From assembly GCA_002269645.1 (NCBI GenBank), contig NIVC01002294.1:122099-186098 (forward strand): a stretch of 64,000 nucleotides of DNA, read 5' to 3'. Position 1 is the first letter of the stretch. Every line of letters begins with the position of its first letter. Below the pieces are notes generated by a model. The model saw nothing but the letters and a program-made list of their open reading frames with translations, was not told where the DNA came from and searched no databases. The translations under genes and the position numbers were made by a program. The DNA comes from Macrostomum lignano (Eukaryota). Below, one piece after another: positions 61,745-64,000 of this stretch.

Positions 61745-62440
61745 ATATCCACCCCTAATCACCAGGATCCGCCCCTAATTACCAGAATCCGCCCCCCAAA
61801 CAATCAGAATCCGCTCCCGAAGCCGCTCCTCCGCTCCCCAAACCAATCAGAATCCGCTCCCCAAACCAATCAGAATCCGATCTCAAACCAATTAGAATCT
61901 GCCCCCCAAACAATCAGAATCCGCTCCCCAAACCAATCAGAATCCGATCCCAAACCAATTAGAATCTGCCCCCAAACAATCAGAATCCGCTCCAAAACAT
62001 CAGAATCCGCCCCAAATTACCAGAATCCGCCCCTAATCACCAGGATCGCCCCTAATCACCAGAATCCGCCCCTACTCACCAGGATCCGCCCCTAATCATC
62101 AGAATCCGCCCCAAACCATCAGAATCCGCCCCCGAAACCATCAGAATCCGCCCCCAAACCATCAGAATCCGCCCCCCCCCAACCATCAGAATCCGCCCCC
62201 AAAACAATCAGAATCCGCCCCCAAAACAATCAGAATCCACCCCCTAAAACAATCAGAATCCGCCCCTAAACCATCAGAATCCGCCCCCAAACCTTTAGAA
62301 TCCGCCCCGAAAACCATCAGAATCCGCCCCCAAAACCATCAGAATCCGCCCCGAAAACCATCAGAATCCGCCCCAAAACCACCAGAATCCGCCCGAAAAC
62401 CATCAGAATCCGCCCCCAAAACCATCAGAATCCGCCCCCG
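61745..62440. repeat. About 21-bp VNTR ccccaaaaccatcagaatccg
   Basis: Fills the e2-e3 intron. Confidence 0.9.
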
Positions 62441-62445
62441 CTCAC

Positions 62446-62892
62446 CCTCGGCCCGGGCGCAGCGATGAGTGTCGATGACGCCAGGCTGTTTGGTGCGTTG
62501 TTCAGCTTGAAGTGCTGGATGGCCGCGTGGCTCGGTGTCACCATCAGGGCGCCCATGCTGGCGAAGGCCTCCTGCGCCGAGTCGTCCAGCTGCTGGCACT
62601 GGCCGTCTTCGCAACCCTCCCGGAGCTGAGCGACTCCCGCCGGCCAGGGTGAGTCCAGCCTCCGCGATGCCGAAGGCAGGCGGCATCTCCTTGGGGTCCC
62701 AGGTCCACCACACCCGCTCGTTGACGACCAGCTGCAGCAGGTCTGGCGTGAAGCCATCTGCCGACAGCTGCACCCGGTGCTCCTGCGGCTTCACCTTCAC
62801 GATGACGGTGCCGACGTAGGCGGCCGCTCCTGGTGGTTGAAGTCCGAGTAGTGGAACACCCCGGCTCCAGGAAGTCGTGCGCCATTAACCCG
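62446..62892 (-). CDS. R e2: cupredoxin-like repeats 1-2 (3 apparent 1-bp indels)
   Basis: Reconstructed AHDFLEPGVFHYSDFNHQEAAAYVGTVIVKVKPQEHRVQLSADGFTP...; donor gtgag. Confidence 0.65.
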
Positions 62893-63014
62893 CTGCGGCT
62901 GGGCTGCGGCCAGCGAAGCCCTGCTTCTTGAGCTGCGGAGGGAGTCGGAGGGGTCAAACGGGATGGTGGGGTCAGAGAAGACAGTGGGCCAGTGATTGAA
63001 ACGTTAGGGTAATA

Positions 63015-63355
63015 GGGGGTCAGTGAGCAGATGGCAGGGTCTGAGGGGTCAGTGAGCAGATGGCAGGGTCAGGGGGTCAGTGAGCAGATGGCAGGTCAGG
63101 GGTCAGTGAGCAGATGGCAGGGTCAAGGGTCAGTGAGCAGATGGCAGGGTCAGGGGGGTCAGTGAGCAGATGGCAGGGTCAGGGGGGTCAGTGAGCAGAT
63201 GGCAGGGTCAAGGGGGGTCAGTGAGCAGATGGCAGGGTCAGGGGGTCAGTGAGCAGATGGCAGGGTCAGGGGGTCAGTGAGCAGATGCAGGGTCAGGGGT
63301 CAATGAGCAGATGGCAGGGTCAGGGGTCAGTGAGCAGACGGAGGGTCAGGGGGTC
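63015..63355. repeat. About 26-bp VNTR gggtcagtgagcagatggcagggtca
   Basis: In the e1-e2 intron. Confidence 0.9.
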
Positions 63356-63366
63356 AGTACGCCAAC

Positions 63367-63532
63367 CTTGAAAGACTCTCCCGGCGGGACCCCCTGGCGG
63401 GCATGGTGACCTCGTAGGGGTTGTGCTTTCTCTGGCAGGTGGTTTTGCTCCACTGGAACCAGACCGGTCGCCCGCGTTCACCACCAGGATGGCCGGCTCG
63501 AAGCTGCGGTCGGTGATCTCCACCGGTGCTCG
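63367..63532 (-). CDS. R e1 (first visible): cupredoxin-like repeat 1, approximate ends, indel present
   Basis: VEITDRSFEPAILVVNAGDR then VWFQW...KHN after a 1-bp shift. Confidence 0.6.
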
Positions 63533-63749
63533 CTGGAGTTCGAGTTTAATTGCGGCGGTAAGATGCGTTACAAGCTACTGACGGAATTGGGGGAAGGCGC
63601 AGGTATTCTGATTGCCGATGGTTCGTAAGCTGAGCCTGGTTTGTTCCAAAGGACTTTCAGCCGATATGTAGAGAAAATTAGTTTATACAAGTTTTCATTA
63701 CATATATTTCTTGGCTTAACAGCAAAGTGGCATGCTCAGTGCTGATCCC

Positions 63750-64000
63750 TCTCCCCTCTACCTCCTCTCCCCCTCTACCTCCCTCTCCCCTCTATCTCCC
63801 TCTCCCCTCTACCTCCTCTCCCCCTCTACCTCCCTCTCCCCTCTATCTCCCTCTCCCCTCTACCTCCTCTCCCTCTCTACCTCCTCTCCCCCTCTATCTC
63901 CCTCTCCTTCTCTACCTCCTTCTCCCCTATTTCCAACTAAATCCTCTATCTCCCTCTCTCCGCTCTATCTACCTCTCCGTGTCCAGCTATCCTCCACCCC
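63750..64000. repeat. CT-rich minisatellite
   Basis: cctctcccctctac units. Confidence 0.85.

Overview
Eukaryotic genomic DNA with GC-rich exons, GT-AG introns and a different tandem repeat in almost every intron. This style suggests the flatworm Macrostomum lignano (inference only). The window is dominated by one very large inverted duplication: 1-29048 is the reverse complement of 34117-60844. The arms are separated by a 311-N gap (29049-29359) and about 4.7 kb of unique spacer. Each arm carries a copy of the same multi-exon gene, tail-to-tail: copy L on + (23 exons seen, both ends missing) and copy R on - (27 exons seen, stop codon at 33737, 5' end apparently outside the window). My hand-spliced model for copy R is about 9.2 kb CDS (about 3,070 aa): 5 cupredoxin-like repeats, one CHB_HEX_C/Fn3-associated domain, about 16 FN3 domains with low-complexity inserts, a thioredoxin-like domain with a WCxxS motif, and an S/G/R-rich tail. 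I do not recognise the gene. The arms differ by SNPs in their middle part, VNTR copy numbers, a 682-bp MITE found only in L, and scattered 1-bp indels. They may be a real palindrome, or two haplotypes/homeologs scaffolded together. Most long ORFs in the track are artefacts of tandem repeats. No rRNA, tRNA or CRISPR seen. Repeat boundaries are approximate; domain calls are motif recognition by eye, not database hits.
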